From: a virus
Length of the DNA stretch: 36,193 bases
Direction: 5' to 3' (one strand)
Virus genome (UHGV): UHGV-0199352
The translations under genes were made by a program, and so were the position numbers. The notes beneath the pieces were generated by a model that did no database searches, had not been told where the DNA came from, and saw only the letters and a program-made list of their open reading frames with translations. Of this stretch, positions 16,944-23,557 are shown piece by piece. Numbering within the stretch: position 1 is the stretch's first letter; each line of letters starts with the position of its first letter.

Positions 16944-18089
16944 ATTGATTTCTATTTTTTCAATCTCATTTCTTAAGTCTTCCAATGTCCGGTGACCATA
17001 TGTGTCATTTGTAATATCACCTATCTTATGTCCAAGCATTCTTTTTCGATCATTCTCCGCGACTTTATATTTTTCGCACAATTTTGAAAATGTGTGCCGG
17101 CAATCATGCGGAGTATGCTTTTCAATTCCAAGTGTGGCCAGTTGAGTATACATCTTATCCCGGAATATATCGATTCTATCAGGCAGGAGCGCTCCATGTG
17201 TTTTCATCCGGCGTTTTACGAGATCTAAAATACCGGAATAAATAGGAACGATTCTGTTTTTCCCAGCATCCGTTTTGATACCGCCGAAAAAATAACGTTC
17301 TTTCAAATTTACATCTAAAGTCTTATATTCCGATATCCGAAAGCCGGAGTAGCACATGATCAAGATCATCTCAGACACTTCATTTTCTTTTGTTTCCCAC
17401 AATTTCTTCAAATCTTCATCAGTAAATGGAATTCCATGTTCATCATCGTCATCCTGTGTAATTTCGACATAAGATGAATAATCTTTTGTACACAAATTAT
17501 TTGACATAGCATATTTGTACATGTGGCAGTATAGATTTTGGATGTGTTCTATACTGGCGTGTCTGAGTGGACAAGCGTCCATTACTTCCTGCAGATCGTC
17601 TGTAACAAGCTCTGCGAAAATTCTGTTGTGTAGGGCAGCAGAGTTCTTGAATCCTGCGCGTAGCGTATATTCCAAGCTGGTACGTTTTACTTTTTTTGCA
17701 TCGTATTCATGCCCGAATTTCTTAACATTGAATTTACGAAATACTTCCGCAAATGTTAATTGCGGCTCTTCCTTTGCTTTAATTCCTTGCACCTGATTAT
17801 AATTTGCAAGCAGAGACTGGATAAAATCCTCCGCATTCTTTTTGTCATCCACCTGGATATCATTTTCCATGCCGGGAGTATAGGTGCCGGCTTTGTATGC
17901 TGTAAGAACTGCAAAGCCGATCATCCAGTCAGAAACATAGCATATTGCTTTCTGTGGCTTCATTTGCCCGTTTTCGTATTCTTCTTTAGCTGGCGGGTAA
18001 ACGCCGTAAGGATTGCGGCGATTCTTACCCAGGAAGCGTATCTGGCCGTAACCATTGGGCAAACGAGGATGCTTTTTTCTTTTGGCCAT
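16935..18089 (-). CDS. int: Tyrosine recombinase / phage integrase.
   Basis: RBS AAGGAGA sits 7 nt before the ATG (MAKRKKHPRLPNGYG...). The C-terminus has a tyrosine-recombinase catalytic region (...HDCRHTF...LGH...Y). The track's longer ORF starts at 18134. Confidence 0.9.
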   Translation of the reverse strand: MAKRKKHPRLPNGYGQIRFLGKNRRNPYGVYPPAKEEYENGQMKPQKAICYVSDWMIGFAVLTAYKAGTYTPGMENDIQVDDKKNAEDFIQSLLANYNQVQGIKAKEEPQLTFAEVFRKFNVKKFGHEYDAKKVKRTSLEYTLRAGFKNSAALHNRIFAELVTDDLQEVMDACPLRHASIEHIQNLYCHMYKYAMSNNLCTKDYSSYVEITQDDDDEHGIPFTDEDLKKLWETKENEVSEMILIMCYSGFRISEYKTLDVNLKERYFFGGIKTDAGKNRIVPIYSGILDLVKRRMKTHGALLPDRIDIFRDKMYTQLATLGIEKHTPHDCRHTFSKLCEKYKVAENDRKRMLGHKIGDITNDTYGHRTLEDLRNEIEKIEINLL

Positions 18090-18286
18090 ATCATCATCTC
18101 CTTTAAATTTAGGTATAAAAATAGCAGCCAGCACATGAACGAATGTTCTGGATTGTGTAGCTGCTCCGAAGATGATACAATATTCTTGGCTTCAGATTGC
18201 ATATCTTCGGATATGTAGACCGTCTCAGTGTTGGTAGCACTGGGGCGGTTTTAAATTTGATTTTAATATGTAAATGTGTAAATATG

Positions 18287-18315
18287 TTGACATTTTTTTG
18301 CGTATGATGTAATAT
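18287..18315 (+). promoter_or_regulatory. Sigma-70-like promoter facing right.
   Basis: TTGACA (18287-18292), a 17-nt spacer, then TAATAT, in an extremely AT-rich intergenic region. No + strand CDS lies downstream. Confidence 0.4.
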
Positions 18316-18410
18316 AATAAAGTACTAATCATAAAGAATTAGTAATAAAATTCTAGATTAGAAAATAATATTAAAAAGAACACACAATATTAAGTGTTCG
18401 AATATTTAAG

Positions 18411-18470
18411 GAAAAAGTCAGTAATGTTTTTGGTGTGTACCAAAAAAGGTTTGCTGACTTTTTCTTTTTT
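18411..18470. terminator. Strong bidirectional intrinsic terminator.
   Basis: GAAAAAGTCAG ... CTGACTTTTTC outer stem with inner TTTTTGGT-gtgt-ACCAAAAA, followed by TTTTTT on + and T-rich sequence on -. It abuts the SIR2 gene stop (18469-18471). Confidence 0.6.
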
Positions 18471-20058
18471 AATGATTTTCTTTCAAATCAAGATACATAA
18501 CGCAACGTTTAAAATGAGTAGATTTCATAGCCTCATCCCGATTATATTCGAATATTTCTTTACAAGAACTCCTAATCTGCTCATTAGTTAAATTGTATAA
18601 GTTCTTTAAAAGTAATCCTGATTTCTTCTGTACATTAGGATTAGAATTTATTTCTGTCATCAATTTTGTATAATCGGTATATATAGGAAGGGCATTGATT
18701 GTCTTTTCAATATTTTTACTTATTATTTTTTCGATAGAGTCGTGTTTACTAATATAAATATCCAATTTACTACCTGGAATAATAGGTGTGGAGGAATTTT
18801 TTACGTATTTAAAAACAGGTAATAATCTAGTGTAGGCCAAAGATTTAAACCGGTCTATACACATTGAATCTGGATTAAAATTTTTATTATTGTATAAAAT
18901 ATCTTCAAATATCAAATCGTCTTCAAAAAGACCATACCCAAATTTGCTTAGTATATTTTCTTTATAACCAATTGCGATAGCCAAGGGTTTTGAAGAAAGG
19001 TCGATTTTAGTAAGATCATCAAGACCGATAATTACAGATTCTGCTTGTGCAGAGGCTATGTTCGCATCAACAATAGTTTTAATCACTCTTTTGGTTTCTC
19101 TAATTTTAATAGGAGAGACTCCAGGGGTTATTTGATTGAGAATATCGTATACTAGACCGAAATTATCAGTGGAAATTTCGGTAATAGGTATATCTTCCCC
19201 AGATTGCGTAGTAATAGTTCTGTGTATTTCAACTAATTTACGTTCTCCCTTTTTGTAACTAATAAAGATGAAGTGTTCTCGGATATTTTCAAGTTGAGTC
19301 AAAGATAAACAACTTAAAAAATCTACGATGATATTTTGAATATTTTCATCTGTAAAGGAATAACCAAGAAATACTATTGGAGATTCCGAAAAGAGAGTAA
19401 GCATTTTCGCAATAAGCAATTTTCGAGACTCGTTAAATTTCATATAGTCATCTTCAGTTATAACGATAGAGGATGCATCGGTTGCAGATCCATGAATTTT
19501 GTATATTTCTGCAATATTATAGCTGTCAGAACCAAACAAGTCACTTTGATTCACAAAAATACTGTAATCGTTAGGAAATATCTCGTTTTCTAGGAACAAA
19601 TCATAATTAGTGGTTATAATAGCGGATATTTTGGATTTTAGTAATTTGAATTTATCCAGTTCCAGATTAAGGTCATTTCGTCTATATAACTTCATTTTCT
19701 TAAAATAAGAAGAAAGATACATTTTAAAGGGAGAGATACCTTTTCTAACCCAGTTAGGATTTTTGTTATTACCGATATTGAGCTTGATTTTTCTGTCGAA
19801 GAATGCAGCATTAAAATCATTTTCTATTATCGTTGCTAATTTCGTATTTATTTCAAAGGTAGAATAACCTTGTCTAAGAAAAGATTCTTTATATTTTTGT
19901 AATTGAAAAATATCAGAATTATACTTTTTGAATGCTATTTCTAGTAGTTCATTCCAATCAGGATAATTATAAAGATATCTCTTAGATATTCCAGAACCAA
20001 TAAATAATACTGGAAGTTTATTACTTTCGACTAAGCGTTCTAATGCATTGCTCGCCAT
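18469..20058 (-). CDS. SIR2-family (SIR2_2 / ThsA-like) NADase-domain protein. Candidate anti-phage defence moron.
   Basis: 529 aa. Motifs GSGIS (Gly loop), TTNYD (catalytic Asn), KIHGS (catalytic His) and FLGYSFTDENI. The C-terminal ~250 aa is unassigned. The gene is markedly AT-rich and sits between int and cI. RBS GAGGGGG. Confidence 0.7.
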   Translation of the reverse strand: MASNALERLVESNKLPVLFIGSGISKRYLYNYPDWNELLEIAFKKYNSDIFQLQKYKESFLRQGYSTFEINTKLATIIENDFNAAFFDRKIKLNIGNNKNPNWVRKGISPFKMYLSSYFKKMKLYRRNDLNLELDKFKLLKSKISAIITTNYDLFLENEIFPNDYSIFVNQSDLFGSDSYNIAEIYKIHGSATDASSIVITEDDYMKFNESRKLLIAKMLTLFSESPIVFLGYSFTDENIQNIIVDFLSCLSLTQLENIREHFIFISYKKGERKLVEIHRTITTQSGEDIPITEISTDNFGLVYDILNQITPGVSPIKIRETKRVIKTIVDANIASAQAESVIIGLDDLTKIDLSSKPLAIAIGYKENILSKFGYGLFEDDLIFEDILYNNKNFNPDSMCIDRFKSLAYTRLLPVFKYVKNSSTPIIPGSKLDIYISKHDSIEKIISKNIEKTINALPIYTDYTKLMTEINSNPNVQKKSGLLLKNLYNLTNEQIRSSCKEIFEYNRDEAMKSTHFKRCVMYLDLKENH

Positions 20059-20266
20059 GTTTTCCCCCTCTTTCTTTTCTGTATTTTGTCATCATACCAT
20101 TATATAAACGCCGAAGCGGTTATACCATATTAAATTAAAATCTGCCATCAAGTCCTATAAAATATTAGAACAAATGTTCGAATAAATATTGATTTTTGTT
20201 CTCCCTGATAGTATTATATTACTAGGGATTTCGAACAAGTGTTTTTGCAGTTAGGGGGATGGCAAA

Positions 20267-20368
20267 ATGGATTACAAAAGCAAAATTATCGAACTTATCA
20301 ACGGTATAAGTAATACTGCAAAATTAGAGTATCTTTATTATGTGATAAGATCGTTTCTTAAAGGGTAG
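20267..20368 (+). CDS. Micro-ORF encoding 33 aa (MDYKSKIIELINGISNTAKLEYLYYVIRSFLKG).
   Basis: GGGGGA RBS 7 nt upstream. Putative promoter TTGATT-N17-TATTAT at 20189-20217 overlaps TTCGAA operator-like sites. A hairpin follows the stop. Confidence 0.25.
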   Translation: MDYKSKIIELINGISNTAKLEYLYYVIRSFLKG

Positions 20369-20369
20369 G

Positions 20370-20714
20370 CTATTGCTTACCCTTTTTAGAAAGCGATTCG
20401 ATAAGATGCTTTATGGCTTTCTTGTCGGATTCGTCTAAAGAATAGTAACAAGATATCATATTAATAATCTCTTGATCTTTCATTATCCGTCCAACTAATG
20501 TTCCACTTTCCTCTCTGGAATAATTTCCAAAAAAGTCGTTTGGTATCATTTCAAGCACTTCACATAATCTTTCTATAGTATCAGCGTCTGGTTTATTCTT
20601 GTTGTTTTCCCAATCGCTTATTGAATTATGTTTTGCACCTATTAAATTCGCAAGTTCTTTTTGAGTCATGTTTTTCTTTTTTCTGTATTCTTTTATTTTC
20701 TCTCCTAAACTCAT
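20370..20714 (-). CDS. cI-like repressor (XRE-family HTH, no S24 peptidase domain).
   Basis: AAGGAGGAA RBS before ATG 20714 (MSLGEKIKEYRKKKNMTQKELANLIG...). Divergent from the cro-like gene. Confidence 0.75.
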   Translation of the reverse strand: MSLGEKIKEYRKKKNMTQKELANLIGAKHNSISDWENNKNKPDADTIERLCEVLEMIPNDFFGNYSREESGTLVGRIMKDQEIINMISCYYSLDESDKKAIKHLIESLSKKGKQ

Positions 20715-20774
20715 TATGTTTCCTCCTTGCATCTTCTATATTAACACATGGAAATTATATTTTCAATAAAAAAA

Positions 20775-20852
20775 GTTCGAAAAAATTGAAATTTTAGTGT
20801 TGACATTCGAATATTTTGAAGTTATAATGAAATTAGTTCGAACGAATTGAAA
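20775..20852. promoter_or_regulatory. Operator array and early rightward promoter in the cI/cro intergenic region.
   Basis: Three 17-bp sites: GTTCGAAAAAATTGAAA (20775-20791), ATTCGAATATTTTGAAG (20805-20821) and GTTCGAACGAATTGAAA (20836-20852), ~30 bp apart. Consensus promoter TTGACA (20800-20805)-N17-TATAAT (20823-20828). Confidence 0.55.
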
Positions 20853-20873
20853 AATGAAAGAGGTGATTACAGA

Positions 20874-21077
20874 ATGTGTGTAGGTGAAAGAATTAAGGCT
20901 TACATGGATGAAAAAGGAATTAAGCAGGTTTTTGTTTCACAAAAAACAGGGATATCGAAAGAAAAGCTTTGTTCATCATTAAACGGAAATAGAAAATTGC
21001 AATTTGAAGAATACGAGTTGATCTGCGGAGCACTGGAAGTGAATACGGACAAGTTTATTAAACCGAAGAAATTGTAA
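20874..21077 (+). CDS. Cro-like XRE-family HTH protein.
   Basis: AAAGAGGTGA RBS 7 nt before ATG 20874 (MCVGERIKAYMDEKGIKQVFVSQKTGISKEKL...). The track's TTG start at 20847 lacks an RBS. Confidence 0.7.
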   Translation: MCVGERIKAYMDEKGIKQVFVSQKTGISKEKLCSSLNGNRKLQFEEYELICGALEVNTDKFIKPKKL

Positions 21078-21088
21078 AGGAGAATCAA

Positions 21089-21403
21089 ATGAACAATTTA
21101 ACAGTATTTGAACAAAACGGTCAGCTACTCACCGACAGTAGAGAAGTAGCAATGACACAAGAAGAACGCAACGAATACTTATTAAAACACGAAAATTTTA
21201 TTCGCTGCGCTCGGTGCAAAAATTTAATACACAGTTCAAACAAATATTGTCAATATTGTGGATGTCCTAATGAAAAAGAACTCCAAGCTATTAAAAAAAG
21301 CAAGGAGCTCAGTTCCGATATTGTGCTTAATGGAAAGATTATTTCTCAAGCTGTTCGGAAAGCCATTTGTGATACAACTCAAGAAGACGGACGTTCATTT
21401 TAA
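21089..21403 (+). CDS. Rha-like N-terminal region plus a zinc-ribbon protein. Possibly an antirepressor-like regulator.
   Basis: AAAGGAGA RBS. MNNLTVFEQNGQLLTDSREVAM resembles the Rha/antirepressor N-terminus. CARCKN...CQYCGC is a 4-Cys ribbon. Its 3' end overlaps a convergent ORF by 65 nt. Confidence 0.4.
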   Translation: MNNLTVFEQNGQLLTDSREVAMTQEERNEYLLKHENFIRCARCKNLIHSSNKYCQYCGCPNEKELQAIKKSKELSSDIVLNGKIISQAVRKAICDTTQEDGRSF

Positions 21404-21563
21404 AACTGAATCCAGCTATAAATCCGGCTATTTCGTTAAAAGCATTAGGGTCTCCAAGAGATGTTTCAAGCGTTGGATAATCCTCATCATTAACGCCGTT
21501 GATATAGTCGATATCTTCTTGTGTTAACGATTTTTTAAATTCGTCAAAAGATTTAAGTACCAT
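21339..21563 (-). CDS. Hypothetical 74-aa protein driven from copy 1 of the repeated bidirectional module.
   Basis: AAAGGAGA RBS. A TTGTCA-N17-TATAAT promoter lies inside the repeat on the - strand. Confidence 0.35.
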   Translation of the reverse strand: MVLKSFDEFKKSLTQEDIDYINGVNDEDYPTLETSLGDPNAFNEIAGFIAGFSFKMNVRLLELYHKWLSEQLEK

Positions 21564-21570
21564 AGTCGAT

Positions 21571-21673
21571 CTCCTTTCTTAAATACTCGGCATTGGCAGA
21601 TGCCTGTAAGCAAATTATAGGAGATATGGAAACAAATGACAATAAATATTCAAAAAAGAAAGAGGTGAGAAAG
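21571..21673. repeat. Copy 1 of a ~104-bp duplicated bidirectional promoter/operator module.
   Basis: Near-identical to 21975-22078. It contains the palindrome GGCATTGGCAGATGCC, a - strand TTGTCA-N17-TATAAT promoter, a + strand TTGGCA-N17-TATAGG, and conserved RBSs at both ends. Confidence 0.7.
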
Positions 21674-21835
21674 ATGTTAAAAAAGATTTACAGTGAACTG
21701 CTCCTTATAAGGAGAGAAATAAAGCAGCTCAACAAGACTTTGGAAAGAAATGTTGAACTGCAAAATAAAATGCGTGATGAGCCAATGTTTATACCGAGCT
21801 ACTCACGTTCGTCCAAAGAACATACTGCTGAATAA
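21674..21835 (+). CDS. Hypothetical 53-aa protein (MLKKIYSELLLIRREIKQLNKTLERN...).
   Basis: AAAGAGGTGAGAAAG RBS from the repeat. The longer track ORF starting at 21593 runs through the repeat and is not conserved in copy 2. Confidence 0.35.
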   Translation: MLKKIYSELLLIRREIKQLNKTLERNVELQNKMRDEPMFIPSYSRSSKEHTAE

Positions 21836-21966
21836 CATGATTTGAGTATGTTCTCTACATCATCACCAGACAATGGTTTGTGCATATTATTTTGGCTCAT
21901 TTGAGCCATGGCCATCAATGCGGATTTCGCCAAATCTACAGCGAGTTCCTTGTTTGATTTATCCAT
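21799..21966 (-). CDS. Hypothetical 55-aa protein (MDKSNKELAVDLAKSALMAMAQMSQNNMHKPLSGDDVENILKSCYSAVCSLDERE).
   Basis: Not in the track because it is under 60 aa. AAAGGAGA RBS from copy 2 of the repeat. Convergent 37-nt overlap with 21674-21835. Confidence 0.35.
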   Translation of the reverse strand: MDKSNKELAVDLAKSALMAMAQMSQNNMHKPLSGDDVENILKSCYSAVCSLDERE

Positions 21967-21974
21967 AACTACAT

Positions 21975-22078
21975 CTCCTTTCCTAAATACTCGGCATTGG
22001 CAGATGCCTGTAAGTAAATTATAGGAGAGTTGGAAACAAATGACAATAAAGATTCAAAAAAGAAAGAGGTGAGAAAAA
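21975..22078. repeat. Copy 2 of the duplicated bidirectional promoter/operator module.
   Basis: See copy 1. Only a few substitutions between the two copies. Confidence 0.7.
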
Positions 22079-22441
22079 ATGTGTTGGAGCGGAAGTGAAG
22101 GAATACCGGGAATGGATTCCACCCAAGAAGAGCAGGAACGGACAGGAAAGAAGTTATATGCTCAATCGTACAGAATCGATCAAATGGAATTTAATTCATT
22201 AAAATCAAGATTAAAAGACCTTGAAGCAGAGGTGGAAAGTCTTAAGATCAAGGCACTCTTATTACTGGTGATCTGTGTAGTAATTTCAATTTTTGCATCA
22301 TTTTCAGTCATGAATATCGCAAGACAGTATTCAACTATTCATGACTATTACATGGATTCTCGGAGTACTGATCAGGAGATAAGTCAATCTCTGGAAGAAC
22401 TGATTCCGAAGATAGAAGTACTTCAGTCAGAATTTAAATAA
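22079..22441 (+). CDS. Membrane protein with a coiled-coil N-terminus and a central TM helix.
   Basis: 120 aa. RBS from repeat copy 2. Hydrophobic segment LLLLVICVVISIFASFSVM. Confidence 0.45.
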   Translation: MCWSGSEGIPGMDSTQEEQERTGKKLYAQSYRIDQMEFNSLKSRLKDLEAEVESLKIKALLLLVICVVISIFASFSVMNIARQYSTIHDYYMDSRSTDQEISQSLEELIPKIEVLQSEFK

Positions 22442-22455
22442 GGAGGGAAAACACA

Positions 22456-22851
22456 ATGTTTAGCACTGTAAAAATAGAAAACGGGGTAATTTTGGACGGC
22501 AAGAAACTTAAATGCGTGAAATCATACAAATTAGAACAGAAAGAGAGAGATGATATCGCAGAACTTACAGTAAATATGGATGTTCGGGTTTTTTGTAAGG
22601 ACGATAAGCCGTCCGATATCAAAGTTGGAACTATTAAGGCGGACAAGCCATCTGGATTGAGGTTGGCGGACTTGGCAAATGTAATTGGAGAAGATGCACA
22701 CGTGAGAGTTGTATACCAAACTGGAATGGGGACGGCAGTAAATGTATATGAACCTGGAGGCATTTCGATGGAAGACCCTAAATTTTTGGAAAAACCTGTG
22801 AAAACAATACGAACCATTATTGGTGTGCTGGTTGTAGAATTGGAGGACTAA
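22456..22851 (+). CDS. Hypothetical protein.
   Basis: 131 aa. GGAGGGAAAAC RBS. Coding-like composition. Confidence 0.45.
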   Translation: MFSTVKIENGVILDGKKLKCVKSYKLEQKERDDIAELTVNMDVRVFCKDDKPSDIKVGTIKADKPSGLRLADLANVIGEDAHVRVVYQTGMGTAVNVYEPGGISMEDPKFLEKPVKTIRTIIGVLVVELED

Positions 22852-22852
22852 C

Positions 22853-23038
22853 ATGGAAATTGTAATAGCAAGCGTTATCTGCTCGATCATGGTTTCTGCT
22901 GTTACAAGCATTATTATTACAAGGGAATACATGAGCGTTACTCAAAACGAGGTAGATAGGATGTTCAACATGAGTATTAAGCTTGTCGAGGATGTTGCAA
23001 AAATGATGGCTGATAGATTTGGAACAGACCAGAAATAA
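22853..23038 (+). CDS. Small membrane protein.
   Basis: 61 aa. The N-terminal 25 aa are hydrophobic. It directly abuts the upstream ORF. Confidence 0.35.
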   Translation: MEIVIASVICSIMVSAVTSIIITREYMSVTQNEVDRMFNMSIKLVEDVAKMMADRFGTDQK

Positions 23039-23079
23039 ATTACGACAATCCAACCTGCATACATAAGTGAGGTGAGAAC

Positions 23080-23313
23080 ATGAACACTGCAATTACGTTA
23101 AAAGAAACATTAAAAACTGCAGAGATTGCAAAGATTACCGGTTGTTCCGTGAACGAAGTACGATACCGTATGAGACACAACATCTGGACATTTGGAGTCG
23201 TGCGGAAGACCGGGGCAGTAAAGAAACACTATGAAGCTACTATTTCCGAAGTGGCTGAGTTCTTCAGACTGAGCCGGGAGGAAGTTATCAGGAGGTTAAA
23301 CGATGGGAAATAA
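23080..23313 (+). CDS. HTH DNA-binding protein (excisionase / regulator-like).
   Basis: 77 aa. RBS GAGGTGAG. The segment AEIAKITGCSVNEVRYRM has HTH character. Confidence 0.5.
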   Translation: MNTAITLKETLKTAEIAKITGCSVNEVRYRMRHNIWTFGVVRKTGAVKKHYEATISEVAEFFRLSREEVIRRLNDGK

Positions 23314-23557
23314 GAGATTAACCATACAAAGAGTTGATCAATTCATCAGGCTCCTGGGAGCAACTGAAAAAGTGAACGGGTATGCAGAACAGCAGAAGCA
23401 GCATGCGATTGCCTGTTTAAATAATTATTGCAGGGAGTTGGAGTATCAAAATAGAAAATCAGTAAAAATCAAAGGAGAAACAGATGGACCAAAGGATCTT
23501 GAACATGACAGCAGGGCAAGTTCTGGAATACGGAGCACTTGTCAGCAGGAGGGATGA
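23303..23557 (+). CDS. Hypothetical protein.
   Basis: 84 aa with ATGGGAAATAA overlap. A 45-aa alternative ORF (23505-23642) overlaps its 3' end in another frame. Confidence 0.3.
   Translation: MGNKRLTIQRVDQFIRLLGATEKVNGYAEQQKQHAIACLNNYCRELEYQNRKSVKIKGETDGPKDLEHDSRASSGIRSTCQQEG

Noticed and set aside
16655-18134. Interpretation as two tandem prophages (structural/lysis module of one, int-cI-early-terminase of another).
   Set aside because: The end of the window supplies the RBS for the portal at position 1. A single circular or permuted genome with int in the standard position between lysis and cI explains the order more simply. No host genes are present. This cannot be fully excluded without flanking sequence.
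18394-18591. 65-aa + strand ORF between int and the SIR2 gene.
   Set aside because: It reads straight through the strong intrinsic terminator and into the antisense of the SIR2 gene. No RBS. Its F/L-rich product stems from AT-richness.
20847-20873. TTG start at 20847 for the cro-like gene.
   Set aside because: No RBS. ATG 20874 is preceded by AAAGAGGTGA at ideal spacing and sits downstream of the consensus promoter.
16726-22078. Possibility that the 21-bp and 104-bp repeats form a CRISPR array.
   Set aside because: Only two copies each, at irregular spacing (197 bp and 404 bp), with no repeat-spacer periodicity. Each 104-bp copy contains promoters and RBSs. Not CRISPR.
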